A stretch of DNA of 64,000 nt from an uncultured Treponema sp. (GCA_946625725.1 CAMOTL010000003.1:733-64732); one strand, 5' to 3'. Positions 29,446-39,189 are shown, counted from the stretch's first letter. The notes: generated by a model from the sequence alone, not told the origin. Made by a program: numbers and translations.

Positions 29446-30684
29446 ATGCTTAATAAAAATTTTATCCTCAGACTTTTTGAAGGTTTTTCCATTCAGCGAT
29501 GGACTGACCTCGTCCGTCCTTTTGAACTTGTGGAAATGGATAAGGCTGCTGAACGTATGGTTGTTGCCTACATCATCGGCAAATACGAAGAACAGGCAGG
29601 CAAAAAGGTTGAATGGTCGTGGATGATTTATGCTTCGATTTTTGAACTCCTCAAAAAAATTGCACTCTGTGACATTAAAAGCCCTGTTCAGAGAATGATT
29701 AAAAATCAGTTCCCCAAGGAATACATCAAGCTCAATGAATGGGTATTAAAACAGTACAAAGACATTATTAACGACAACGACTTTTTTTCTGAATTTACAA
29801 TTTATATCGGACGCACTGCCGGAAACTTTCCCATGCCGGAAAACGTAAAGCTCGCGGAAAGAATTCTCAGTGCAGCCCATAAATTTTCAACTTTGCGCGA
29901 ACTTCAAATGATTGAATGCGTAAATGAAGAAGAGCGTCTTACAAAAATCCGCCGGGATTTAAACGAAGATATTCAGGAATTTCTGGATTTGCGCGGAATG
30001 CAGCTTCTCGTAACCAGACAAAAGCCTTTTGACTTTCTCCTTGCCATTGAACAGCTGCGCTTCCAGACAAGATGGAATCAGACTCCTCGTGTACCCCACA
30101 CAAGCGTCCTGGGACACTGTTATTTTGTTGCGGTGATGACAATCCTTCTGATGCGCGAAACAGGCGTTAAAATGAGCCCTAAGCGCTTATTCAACGACTT
30201 TTTCAGCGGACTCTTCCATGACCTTCCAGAATCTGTAACCCGGGACATTATTTCTCCGGTTAAACAGGCCACCGACGAACTGCCTAATATCGTTAAAAAG
30301 ATTGAAGACGAAATTGTCCGCAATGAACTTGTTCCTCTGATGGACAAGTCTTACGTTGACGAAATCATGTATTTTACAAGTGATGAATTTTCAAATAAGA
30401 TCCAGGAAAAGGGAAGTGACGGCAAGGCTGTCACACGGGTTGTTGACTGGAACGATTTGAATTCAAAATACAACTCAGATGAATATAATCCGGTTGACGG
30501 AAGAACAGTCCGCCTTGCAGACCATCTTTCAGCCTTAATCGAAGCAGACAGTTCGATTAAGTACGGTATTACAAGTGAACACCTGCGCTCAGGAAAAGTA
30601 AATACGCTCAACGGCTACAAGTATGGTCAGGTAATCAACGGAATAGAAATCCGTAAAATCTTTGACGACATAGTCAGCGAATAA
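29446..30684 (+). CDS. HD-domain hydrolase (YfbR-like, duplicated fold)
   Basis: RFQTRWNQ...SVLGHCY...HDLPES...ADHLSALIEA; related but degenerate N-terminal half (SIQRWTD). Confidence 0.8.
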   Translation: MLNKNFILRLFEGFSIQRWTDLVRPFELVEMDKAAERMVVAYIIGKYEEQAGKKVEWSWMIYASIFELLKKIALCDIKSPVQRMIKNQFPKEYIKLNEWVLKQYKDIINDNDFFSEFTIYIGRTAGNFPMPENVKLAERILSAAHKFSTLRELQMIECVNEEERLTKIRRDLNEDIQEFLDLRGMQLLVTRQKPFDFLLAIEQLRFQTRWNQTPRVPHTSVLGHCYFVAVMTILLMRETGVKMSPKRLFNDFFSGLFHDLPESVTRDIISPVKQATDELPNIVKKIEDEIVRNELVPLMDKSYVDEIMYFTSDEFSNKIQEKGSDGKAVTRVVDWNDLNSKYNSDEYNPVDGRTVRLADHLSALIEADSSIKYGITSEHLRSGKVNTLNGYKYGQVINGIEIRKIFDDIVSE

Positions 30685-30758
30685 GGTGCATTTTATCCCC
30701 ATTAAAAAATCAAATAACTCTAATAGCACGCTGGTTTTCTGCCGAAAATAATTAAAGT

Positions 30759-31673
30759 ATGAAACTATCTTTTTTTAACATTGCCAGAAGATTTATAGTA
30801 ATTACGACTCTTTCTGTGATTCCTGCCGCACTCTTTTGTGATACTACTCACGTAGTTGCAAAGGGCGACACATTGTATTCAATCAGTAAAAAATACGGCA
30901 GCAGCGTACAGGCTATTTGCGACGCCAACAAAATCGGCGGAAGCGATATTAAAGTCGGACAAAAGCTTGTAATTCCAACAGGAGAAGAAGCGGCTAAACC
31001 ATCCCTGCCTGTTTCAACGGCAACCGCCGCATCAAACCCTGTCCCTGAAAGCGGATGGTACACTGTTAAAAAAGGTGACACATGGTACGCAATTTCGCGC
31101 CTGTACTCGGTTAACGTAAAGGAACTGTACGCCCTGAACAATGCGGACGCAAACACAGGTCTTAAAGCAGGGCAGAAAGTTAAGGTTCCTGTAAAGACCG
31201 TTGTTGCATCAACTAAAAAAGATAATTCAAATACCGGCAATAACCCGACTGCAAAGGGCGCTACGGTGACAACTCCTGTAATCGACGTTCATAATTATTC
31301 AAATAAAAAGGGAGATTCTTCTCTTGTATGGCCTGTTGATAAACCAAGCGTAACTTATGTAAACGGAAAGGTAAGTGGGGTAAGCCTGAGCGCAAAAAAG
31401 GACGAAGCCGTAAGCGCAATTAAATCCGGAACAGTTATGTTCAGCGGAATGTACCGCGGTTTTGGAAATGTGGTGTTTATCCAGAGCAAGACCGGTCACA
31501 TTTATGCGTATACGGGGCTCGGCAAGGTTCTGGTAAGCAAGGGCGAATACATTGATTTTAAGAGTCAGATTGGAACTGCAGGAATCGACAGTTATTCTTC
31601 AAAGCCTCAGATAAGTCTGATGGTTTTCCAGAACGGACTTCCAATCGATCCTGCAAAAGCACCGAGAGGCTAA
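30759..31673 (+). CDS. LysM(x2) + M23-like domain protein (NlpD-like, probably non-catalytic)
   Basis: HVVAKGDTLYSISKKY and YTVKKGDTWYAISRLY; WPV...GFGNVVFIQ...YAYTGL; HxxxD and HxH absent. Confidence 0.85.
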   Translation: MKLSFFNIARRFIVITTLSVIPAALFCDTTHVVAKGDTLYSISKKYGSSVQAICDANKIGGSDIKVGQKLVIPTGEEAAKPSLPVSTATAASNPVPESGWYTVKKGDTWYAISRLYSVNVKELYALNNADANTGLKAGQKVKVPVKTVVASTKKDNSNTGNNPTAKGATVTTPVIDVHNYSNKKGDSSLVWPVDKPSVTYVNGKVSGVSLSAKKDEAVSAIKSGTVMFSGMYRGFGNVVFIQSKTGHIYAYTGLGKVLVSKGEYIDFKSQIGTAGIDSYSSKPQISLMVFQNGLPIDPAKAPRG

Positions 31674-31674
31674 A

Positions 31675-32289
31675 TTATTCAAACAAACCCGGCTGTTTAG
31701 GCTGGGCTTTCTTTTTCTTAGGAACTTCCATTGTGACAAAGCGCTGGAAAAGTTGCATGCAGACATTTGCATCGTCTGCGGCGCGGTGTGCGTGTCCTGT
31801 ATCGATGTTGAACTGGGAAGCAAGGCTTGTCTGCTTCCATGAAGTATTGTCCGGTAAAAGTATGCGGCTCATGCGCAGTGTATCGATGACGGGATTTAAT
31901 AGAGGACGGTAGCCCAGGCGTTCACATTCCATGTCGATAAAACGCACATCGAACTGTGCGTTGTGTGCCAGAAGAATTGTGTCTTTGCAAAACTCCCTGA
32001 ACTGTGGAATGATTGTTCCGGCGGTAGGGCAGCTCAAGACCATATCCGGTGAAATTCCTGTCAGTTTTGTAATTTCTTCCGGAATCTCGTAGTAAGGTTT
32101 AATCAGTGTGGAAAACCTGTCAATGATTCCGTTTTTGTTGAATTTAACGGCACCAATCTCGATTACACAGCAGTGAAGGGGATTGATGCCTGTAGTTTCC
32201 GTGTCAAACGCACATAAGACTGCCCCGTTGTTGTACAAATCTACGATTCGCCTGTGTGAGGTGACAAGTCTTATTGTTGCGTTTGCCAT
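31675..32289 (-). CDS. DEDDh 3'-5' exonuclease (DnaQ/PolC-exo-like)
   Basis: FDTETTG, AHNAQFD, HRAADDA. Confidence 0.9.
   Translation of the reverse strand: MANATIRLVTSHRRIVDLYNNGAVLCAFDTETTGINPLHCCVIEIGAVKFNKNGIIDRFSTLIKPYYEIPEEITKLTGISPDMVLSCPTAGTIIPQFREFCKDTILLAHNAQFDVRFIDMECERLGYRPLLNPVIDTLRMSRILLPDNTSWKQTSLASQFNIDTGHAHRAADDANVCMQLFQRFVTMEVPKKKKAQPKQPGLFE
31688..31716 (+). terminator. Possible intrinsic terminator of the LysM gene, inside the convergent exonuclease ORF
   Basis: CCCGGC/GCTGGG stem (one G-U) followed by CTTTCTTTTT. Confidence 0.3.
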
Positions 32290-32304
32290 CAGTTTTTCCT
32301 GAAA

Positions 32305-34086
32305 TTATGCGTTTTTGAGTACGTTCTGAATGTCAGCGGTGATTGCGTCACAAACTTTTGCACTGTCAGCCTTTGCTGATGCAAGACATCCATCGCACTT
32401 TGCCCCGCCAACTTCTGTTCTGGCGTTGATGTAGAACTTGATTTTTGGTTCTGTTCCGCTTGGACGGGCTGAAACGATTGTTCCGCCTTCCAGTACAAAC
32501 TGAAGAACGTTTGACTTTGGAAGAGCAATCGGCTTTTTAACTGACGGATTTGCAGGATCATAGCTTACGCTTGTTCCGATGTCCCTGATTTCAAGAACCT
32601 TTTTGCCGCCGAGAGTTTTAAGACCTTCGTTTCTGAGTTTTGTCATAATTCCTGCCATTACTTCTTTTCCGGCAGAACCCGGAAAGTTTTGGCTGATTGC
32701 GCGGTCTTCAAAGTAACCGTATTCTTTCCACATATCAGAAAGGTGTTCAAGAATTGACTTGCCCTTAGAAGCCCAGTACAAGGTCATTTCTGCACACATT
32801 GCAGCGGCTGAAACACCGTCCTTGTCCATAACTTCTTTTTCAACCTTGTATCCGTAGCTTTCTTCCAGCCCGAATACATAGTTTTCGCTTTTGTCCTTTT
32901 CAAATTCATCTTCTACGGCTGCAATCCATTTGAATCCAGTCAGACATTCGTGCATTTTAACACCGTATTTTTTACAGATGTAGTCTGTGAAAGGTGATGT
33001 TACGATTGAGCGGATTGCTGCAGGATTTGACGGCATTGTACCCAGTTCCTTGCGGCTTAAAAGTACATATTCGCAGAGAAGGGCGCCCATCTGGTTTCCT
33101 GAAACCAGAACGAAGTTTCCGTCCTTGTCAGGGAAGGCTGTTCCAAAGCGGTCTGCGTCAGGGTCTGTTGCCATTACACAGTCTGCCTTTTCTTTTGCTC
33201 CCAGTTCAACTGCGAGCTTGAGTGCAGGTGCTTCTTCCGGATTTGGTTTTTCAACTGTAGGGAAGGCTCCGTCAGGTTCTCTCTGCTGTGGAACTGTGAT
33301 TACCTTGAGTCCCAGGTCTCCCAGAACTTTTTCTACGTGCATTGCACCTGTTCCGTGGAGCGGAGTGTAAACGATTTTTACCGAACCTGCCTTTGCTTTA
33401 ATCAGGTCAGGGCGGAAGAGCTGAGCCTTACACATTGCCCAGTATTTTTCATCGATTTCTTTGTCAATTAAAACCAGTTTGCCTGACTTTAATGCTTCGT
33501 CCTTTGAAATTGTTTTAACTTCTTTTACGGCGTTAACTTCATTGATGATTCCTACGTCGTGGGGTTCAATAACCTGAGCACCGTTGTCCCAGTATGCCTT
33601 GTAACCGTTGTACTGCGGAGGGTTGTGGCTTGCTGTAACTACAACACCGGTCTGTGCTCCCAGGGTTTTGATTGCAAATGAAAGTTCAGGAGTTGGACGG
33701 AGTCCTGTAAACAGATATGCCTTGATTCCGTTTGCGGCGAGAATCAGTGCTGTTGCTTCAGCAAATACGTCTGAGTTTTTGCGGCTGTCGTATGCTACAA
33801 CTGCGCTCAGTGTTCCGTCCTTTGCTTTTTCCGGGAATGCTTTAAGTACGTAATTTGCAAGTCCCTGGGTTGCCAGGTTGATTTCCAGAGTGTTCATTCG
33901 GTTTGTACCGCCGCCCATTACACCGCGCAAACCGCCTGTACCGAATTCAAGAGTCTGGTAAAAACGGTCTTCAAGTTCTTTCATATCCTCTTTTGCAACG
34001 AGGTCTTCTACTTCTTTTCTAAAACGTTCATCTTTTTCGTCGGCAATGTATTTTTTTGCACGAGCCAAAATTTCTGATTTTTCCAT
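32305..34086 (-). CDS. pgm: Phosphoglucomutase/phosphomannomutase
   Basis: FGTGGLRG, TASHNP, DPDADR, GLEESYG, RPSGTEPKIKFY; AAGGAG SD. Confidence 0.92.
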   Translation of the reverse strand: MEKSEILARAKKYIADEKDERFRKEVEDLVAKEDMKELEDRFYQTLEFGTGGLRGVMGGGTNRMNTLEINLATQGLANYVLKAFPEKAKDGTLSAVVAYDSRKNSDVFAEATALILAANGIKAYLFTGLRPTPELSFAIKTLGAQTGVVVTASHNPPQYNGYKAYWDNGAQVIEPHDVGIINEVNAVKEVKTISKDEALKSGKLVLIDKEIDEKYWAMCKAQLFRPDLIKAKAGSVKIVYTPLHGTGAMHVEKVLGDLGLKVITVPQQREPDGAFPTVEKPNPEEAPALKLAVELGAKEKADCVMATDPDADRFGTAFPDKDGNFVLVSGNQMGALLCEYVLLSRKELGTMPSNPAAIRSIVTSPFTDYICKKYGVKMHECLTGFKWIAAVEDEFEKDKSENYVFGLEESYGYKVEKEVMDKDGVSAAAMCAEMTLYWASKGKSILEHLSDMWKEYGYFEDRAISQNFPGSAGKEVMAGIMTKLRNEGLKTLGGKKVLEIRDIGTSVSYDPANPSVKKPIALPKSNVLQFVLEGGTIVSARPSGTEPKIKFYINARTEVGGAKCDGCLASAKADSAKVCDAITADIQNVLKNA

Positions 34087-34108
34087 ATATGTCTCCTTTT
34101 AAATTTTG

Positions 34109-35953
34109 TTAAATTTTGTCTGCTTCCAAGAGCATATTTGTTTCCCATTGCAGAAGTTCTGCTTCCTGCTGGGGATTGTCACCTTTTACATCACACATGA
34201 TGCGGAATACAGGTTCCGTTCCGCTGCCGCGCATCCAAATAAAGGCAAGGGGTGAACCTTCTTTATCCTTGAATATGATTTTGAGTCCGCCTTTGCCGCT
34301 TTTTGAATAATCATCCACATTGCGGGTTTCTTTTGTTCCGTTTGTGATGACGGCTTCGTAAGAGAAGATTCCGCAGCGTCCTGCAAAACTGTCTTTCTTT
34401 TTAGCCCATTCCCGTTCAAAAATCTTCTGAAAGTTTGCCTTGAGTTTTGCGTGTGACTCTGTCTTAATGTGAAGGACGGCGCGTTTTTCGCTTACGCCTG
34501 TAGTTGTGTACTTTGGCAGTGTCTGAATTATATCCCGCAGGGTAAAGTCTTCCTTGTATCTGTCGCTCTGTCCGCTTGCATCGCACCACAGGTGGAAAAG
34601 CCCCTTGTGTTCGGTGCCGGCGATTGTTTCGTCGCGCAGTGCAAGGAGTTTTACAAGGGCAAAAATCGTACAGATCGGGTCACGGACTGCAGACGGATGA
34701 GTAATGTTGCCTCCGTTTGAGCCTTCGCCTAGAATCCGCACTTCATATCCTTCTGCGCGCTTTTCCCGGGCAAGGTTTACTACGTTTGCTTCGCCCACTT
34801 CTGCACGGAAAACTTTTGCGCCGAAACTTTCTGCAATTTCGTCGATGCGCATTGAGGTCGGTCCGTTTACAGCGACAGCGATTCTGTTAAGGTTCTGCTG
34901 CTGTAAAAGCTGCTGTGCCTTGTTTACAAGCCCGTGCACTTCTGACGGAGCAGCCGAGTATACGCTGAATGCAACTTCTGAAAGAACGGAAAGTGCAAAT
35001 ACTTCCTGTGCTTTTAAAACCTTTGCCTTTTCTTCAACTTCGTCCCAGTAAACGATGTTTCCCCGGTCACCGTCACAGTCAGGCATGTAGCCCAGGATAC
35101 AGTGCTTGTCGCCGTGAGCATGGCGGTTTTCCATTTCTTTTGCACACCAGATTAAGTTTTCCGGTTCCGGAATGATGCCGTGTGCAATCTGACCCGGCTT
35201 TCCGTAAATTGTGTTGAAGGTTATGCCGCATTCATTGAGGAAGGTTGAATCGATGGACATTGTGCGTGCCGAACCGTTCATGTCGCAGATGATGGAAATC
35301 GGATTTGAAATTATTGCCTGTCTTAAACGGGCAAAGAAAGCATTCTGTTTTGGAATATAATCAGTGCCGGAAATTACTTCCTTGGCAAAGTTTCTGTATA
35401 CTGTAAGTGAAGTTCGTTTTGAAGCGATACTTTCTGCAAAAACCCAGTCCAGATCGATGTCAGAAGCACCTTCGATAAGGTTTTTTGCGTGTTCATAAGC
35501 GTCCGGGCTGTGACATTTCTGTTCAAATACTGCAACGAGTTTTGCGTTTTCTTCACCATTCAGGACTCCGCCGTCATTAAGCCCGAATTTAATTCCGTTG
35601 TGGCCGATGGGGTTGTGGGAAGCTGAAATGTAAACAAAGGCGTCTACTGAGTGAGAGTAGGCCATGATTTCCGGGGATGCGATGATTCCTGTGTATGAAA
35701 CTGCAACTTTTTTTGCGTCAAAAACACGGAGCATTATGTTTGCGATGGCTGGACCTGTCGGTCTTGTGTCCATGCCCAGGGCGATAAAAGGGGATTTGTT
35801 TTTTGAAAGAATGTATTCGGCAAAGGTCTCGGCTGCCAGGGCTGCAATGATACGGTTATCCTGTCCGATTTCGCCGTTTGTATCGTTCTCGTCTCCTGAC
35901 TCGGCAAAAACCTTTCGCCAGCCGGAAGCGGATGTAATCATATTATGTTCCAT
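34109..35953 (-). CDS. Second, divergent alpha-D-phosphohexomutase
   Basis: SASHNP, DCDGDR, GEGSNGG, RGSGTEPVFR. Confidence 0.85.
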   Translation of the reverse strand: MEHNMITSASGWRKVFAESGDENDTNGEIGQDNRIIAALAAETFAEYILSKNKSPFIALGMDTRPTGPAIANIMLRVFDAKKVAVSYTGIIASPEIMAYSHSVDAFVYISASHNPIGHNGIKFGLNDGGVLNGEENAKLVAVFEQKCHSPDAYEHAKNLIEGASDIDLDWVFAESIASKRTSLTVYRNFAKEVISGTDYIPKQNAFFARLRQAIISNPISIICDMNGSARTMSIDSTFLNECGITFNTIYGKPGQIAHGIIPEPENLIWCAKEMENRHAHGDKHCILGYMPDCDGDRGNIVYWDEVEEKAKVLKAQEVFALSVLSEVAFSVYSAAPSEVHGLVNKAQQLLQQQNLNRIAVAVNGPTSMRIDEIAESFGAKVFRAEVGEANVVNLAREKRAEGYEVRILGEGSNGGNITHPSAVRDPICTIFALVKLLALRDETIAGTEHKGLFHLWCDASGQSDRYKEDFTLRDIIQTLPKYTTTGVSEKRAVLHIKTESHAKLKANFQKIFEREWAKKKDSFAGRCGIFSYEAVITNGTKETRNVDDYSKSGKGGLKIIFKDKEGSPLAFIWMRGSGTEPVFRIMCDVKGDNPQQEAELLQWETNMLLEADKI

Positions 35954-36027
35954 AATTAAATATAATTATAATACTGAATGTACAAATTCGCAATCTTATG
36001 GGCTTTCAGACCTTATGAAAATTCAGA

Positions 36028-36885
36028 CTAAAAGGCGTCGATTGTGTAGGTCAATGATTTTTCTTTTCCGAGAATGTCTGCAACGATAATCGTAATTTTA
36101 TTGTGTCCCTTCGGAACCGTAACTTCTGCAAGAAGCTGTCTCTTGAGGTTCGGGTACACCTGCTTTGAAGTGTAGCTTTTCTTGCCCGAAGTTGAAATCC
36201 GGCCCTTCTGCTGAATCAGTGTATCGTAAGTAATTGAATCCACTGCGGCTCCGTTGATTAAAACCGTGCTTTTATATGGAGTTGCGTTTAACTGGCGGTC
36301 CATGTACAGTTTGTAGGTGCCTGACTGAAGGTGTTTCTGTGTATTCAGGTCAAAGCTCTGGCCTTTTGAATTCAACGCGCTGACATTTCTTATAAAAAGC
36401 GGAGTTTCATTTCCGAATCTTGGCATTAAAATTCGCGGGTTTACATAGGTTTTTGCCCCGATGTCTACAACCTGGAATTCAAGAAGTGCGTTTCCTTCCT
36501 GCCAGCCTGAGTTTCCGCAGCTGCCAAGGGGTGTTCCGCTTTCCACAGATTTTAATTCATAGCGCATATCCTGTTCTTCGCTTGAAAGGTTTGCGTAAAC
36601 CGTGAGCATATTGTCTTCGTGGGCAATGATTACGGCATTTCCCAGAGTGCTTTCAAAAAGGTCGTCTTCGTCATGTTCACTTAAAACACAGGTAACCTGG
36701 CCTTTTTCTGCCGCCTTGATTTCTTCGCTGCCGGAAAATACGAGGGAAGTGCTTAAGAGTTCGCCCCGGGGCTGGCCGAAATACACTGAAAAAGTGTCGG
36801 ACATGATTTCATTCTGGGGCCAGTCAAAGGCAAAGGATGCGGATGCGATAAGTGTGATTATCAGAATTGAATTGAATTTTTTCAT
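36028..36885 (-). CDS. Exported protein with degenerate M23-like domain
   Basis: Signal peptide; WP...FGQPRG, GNAVIIAH...TVYANL, GNSGW...LLEF; no Zn-binding His/Asp. Confidence 0.7.
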   Translation of the reverse strand: MKKFNSILIITLIASASFAFDWPQNEIMSDTFSVYFGQPRGELLSTSLVFSGSEEIKAAEKGQVTCVLSEHDEDDLFESTLGNAVIIAHEDNMLTVYANLSSEEQDMRYELKSVESGTPLGSCGNSGWQEGNALLEFQVVDIGAKTYVNPRILMPRFGNETPLFIRNVSALNSKGQSFDLNTQKHLQSGTYKLYMDRQLNATPYKSTVLINGAAVDSITYDTLIQQKGRISTSGKKSYTSKQVYPNLKRQLLAEVTVPKGHNKITIIVADILGKEKSLTYTIDAF

Positions 36886-36897
36886 TTTTAGCCCCGT

Positions 36898-37962
36898 TTA
36901 TTTATACTGGAATTCCATGCAGCTGATTGAAGAGTCTTTTCCTACAAACAGTCTGTTTGAGTGCACATTGATAAAGGCGTGGTCTGCCTTAAAACTGAAA
37001 CTACCCGTATACACGGAGTATTTTTCGAGAACGGAAACAGTGTATCGCCCGTCAGCCTTGCTCAGAATAAATACCGTGTCGCTGTCGTCAGAGAGTTGAA
37101 TCGAAAGAATTGCGCCTTTGATTTTGATGTGTGTGATTTTGAGTTTATTGATGTCAACAACTCCAAGCCCGTCTTTATATGCAAAAAAACATCTGTTTGA
37201 GTCTTCGGAAAAAACCACCGGAACCTGGCGGTTGGTGGAAGTCTTTAAAAACTCGTGGAATATAATTGTTCCTGTTCCGTTTCTGCGGCTTACAAGAACA
37301 AAGCGTTGTTCGTCCTGTCCGCTGACTGTAGCGTAATAATTTGCGTCTTTAGAAATTGCGGCTCCAAGGATTACCTGGTAACGGCTTCCCCCCGGAGAGT
37401 ATTTGTCCAGGATTGTTCCGCTTTGGTCAAAGGTGATGACGGTTCCGTCGGCATAGCCTGCGATAACCCCGCTTTCTGAAGAAGAAAAGGCTGTAATCGG
37501 AGCGTAGTTTTCAAAGCTCCAGTGTACGGTTCCGTCGTTATTTAAGGCAGAAAAAGCGTTTCCCCCCGGAAGCATCAGATATTTGCGGTCCTGCTGAAAG
37601 AAAGGAAAGCCTTCAAGTTCAATCTGACCTGCCTGTGAGCCGTCCGGATTATTGAACTTAATGGGTTTTCCGTTTGAGCCGTAAACTGCGTAGGCAGAAG
37701 GACTGATGGAAACTTTATAGGGAAAAGTAAAAACATTTGAAATGATTCCGTCTTCGGTAAAATAACCTGCTGTCTGTCCGATCCTGAATGGAATTTTGTT
37801 TTTGTCAGCGGCTTCATCTGCGTTTGCAGAAATGCGGTTTGCGTCTACTGTCCATTTTGAAATAAAGTGGGCTTCCTTTGAAAGCGGTCTTGCGGCCAGA
37901 ATTATATATAAAACTGAAAGTGTAATTCCCAGCGGGATTGCGATATTTGTCTTTTTTTCCAT
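36898..37962 (-). CDS. Membrane-anchored beta-propeller-like hypothetical protein
   Basis: N-terminal TM helix; repeated beta-strand blocks (VIAGYADGTV, AISKDANY, LFVGKD). Start 37962, or 37971. Confidence 0.65.
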   Translation of the reverse strand: MEKKTNIAIPLGITLSVLYIILAARPLSKEAHFISKWTVDANRISANADEAADKNKIPFRIGQTAGYFTEDGIISNVFTFPYKVSISPSAYAVYGSNGKPIKFNNPDGSQAGQIELEGFPFFQQDRKYLMLPGGNAFSALNNDGTVHWSFENYAPITAFSSSESGVIAGYADGTVITFDQSGTILDKYSPGGSRYQVILGAAISKDANYYATVSGQDEQRFVLVSRRNGTGTIIFHEFLKTSTNRQVPVVFSEDSNRCFFAYKDGLGVVDINKLKITHIKIKGAILSIQLSDDSDTVFILSKADGRYTVSVLEKYSVYTGSFSFKADHAFINVHSNRLFVGKDSSISCMEFQYK

Positions 37963-38025
37963 GAAAACCATGTTATAATGTTAAAAATAAGAAGTCAATA
38001 AATGCAGTTAAAGAGAGGTGACAAA

Positions 38026-38439
38026 ATGGATATCAAAAAAGAAAAACTTGAAGAATTATTCTTGCATGCACTTCAGGCATCAAAAAACTCTTATTCGCCG
38101 TATTCTAAGTTTCCGGTGGGAGCTGCGATTCTTACCGAAGACGGAGTTGAATACACAGGATGTAATGTGGAAAACCGCTCATACGGTTTGACAAACTGTG
38201 CCGAAAGAACTGCCGTATTCAAGGCTGTTTCGGAAGGTCACCGCCGGATTGCCGCTGTTGCCATAGCCGCTCCCAAGGCAGATTATCCTGTAGGTCCATG
38301 CGGTGCCTGCCGCCAGGTTCTCACTGAATTCGCTCAGAATGATGTGCCGGTAATATTCGGTTCAAAAATCGAAAATTGTCAGGTTAAGACCCTGGGTGAA
38401 CTTTATCCTTTTGACAGCCTTCACGAACTTGCAGATTAA
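38026..38439 (+). CDS. cdd: Cytidine deaminase
   Basis: SPYSKFPVGAA, NCAERTA, PCGACRQ; GAGGT SD before ATG 38026. Confidence 0.93.
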   Translation: MDIKKEKLEELFLHALQASKNSYSPYSKFPVGAAILTEDGVEYTGCNVENRSYGLTNCAERTAVFKAVSEGHRRIAAVAIAAPKADYPVGPCGACRQVLTEFAQNDVPVIFGSKIENCQVKTLGELYPFDSLHELAD

Positions 38440-38460
38440 CCGATGTCGGAAAAATCTTCC

Positions 38461-38489
38461 TTGACAAAATACCGCAATAAATGCAAAAT
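38461..38489 (+). promoter_or_regulatory. Putative sigma70 promoter of the HTH-EIIA gene
   Basis: TTGACA (38461-66), 17 nt, CAAAAT (38484-89). Confidence 0.45.
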
Positions 38490-38535
38490 ACAGTAATAAA
38501 CAACATAAAAAAAAGAATAATCAGAGGGATAAATC

Positions 38536-39189
38536 ATGGAAGACGATATTCTTACTATAGAAGAAGTGGCAAAATATCTCAGGGTGTCTGAACGCACAGT
38601 TTACGACTGGGCTCAGAAAGGGGAAATTCCATCTGGAAAGATCGGAACTGTCTGGAGATTCAAGAAATCAGAAATTGAAAAATGGGTTAACGAACGTCTT
38701 TCTTCAAATCAGAAAAAAGAAGAATCAAATCCTGCAGTTCTGGTTAAAAACATTCTCGCTCCTGAGAGAATCGTATTTATTGATCATACAACAAAACGCG
38801 ATGCAATCGTTGAACTTGCAAACAATCTGAGTACAGCTCCCCAGGTAAAATACAAGGATGAACTGGTAAGCGAAATCCTCAAGCGCGAAGAACTGATGTC
38901 TACAGCAATCGGTCGTGGAATTGCAATTCCTCACGTAAGGCTTTCATCGGTTACTGACCTTGTAATGAGCGTTGGTATCTGCCGCAACGACATCATTGAC
39001 TTCCAGACAATCGATGAAATCCCGGTTCGCATTCTTATTATGATTGCTGCAGCTTATAACCAGCACACATATTATCTTCAGACCCTGAGTTTCTTCAGTT
39101 CAAAACTCAAGGAAAAACAGCTCCGCGATGCATTGCTCGCCGCTAAATCTTCTGAAGAAGCATACGAACTTTTAACAAAAGACAACTAA
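38536..39189 (+). CDS. HTH_17 (excisionase-type) DNA-binding domain fused to PTS EIIA (Ntr/Fru type)
   Basis: LTIEEVAKYLRVSERTVYDWAQKGEIP...WRF; REELMSTAIGRGIAIPH (phospho-His). Confidence 0.9.
   Translation: MEDDILTIEEVAKYLRVSERTVYDWAQKGEIPSGKIGTVWRFKKSEIEKWVNERLSSNQKKEESNPAVLVKNILAPERIVFIDHTTKRDAIVELANNLSTAPQVKYKDELVSEILKREELMSTAIGRGIAIPHVRLSSVTDLVMSVGICRNDIIDFQTIDEIPVRILIMIAAAYNQHTYYLQTLSFFSSKLKEKQLRDALLAAKSSEEAYELLTKDN

Noticed and set aside
38440-38449. CCGATGTCGG short palindrome near the HTH-EIIA promoter
   Set aside because: 4-bp arms; expected by chance.
38536-38700. Excisionase as evidence of a prophage or ICE
   Set aside because: The HTH is fused to EIIA; no integrase or phage genes nearby.
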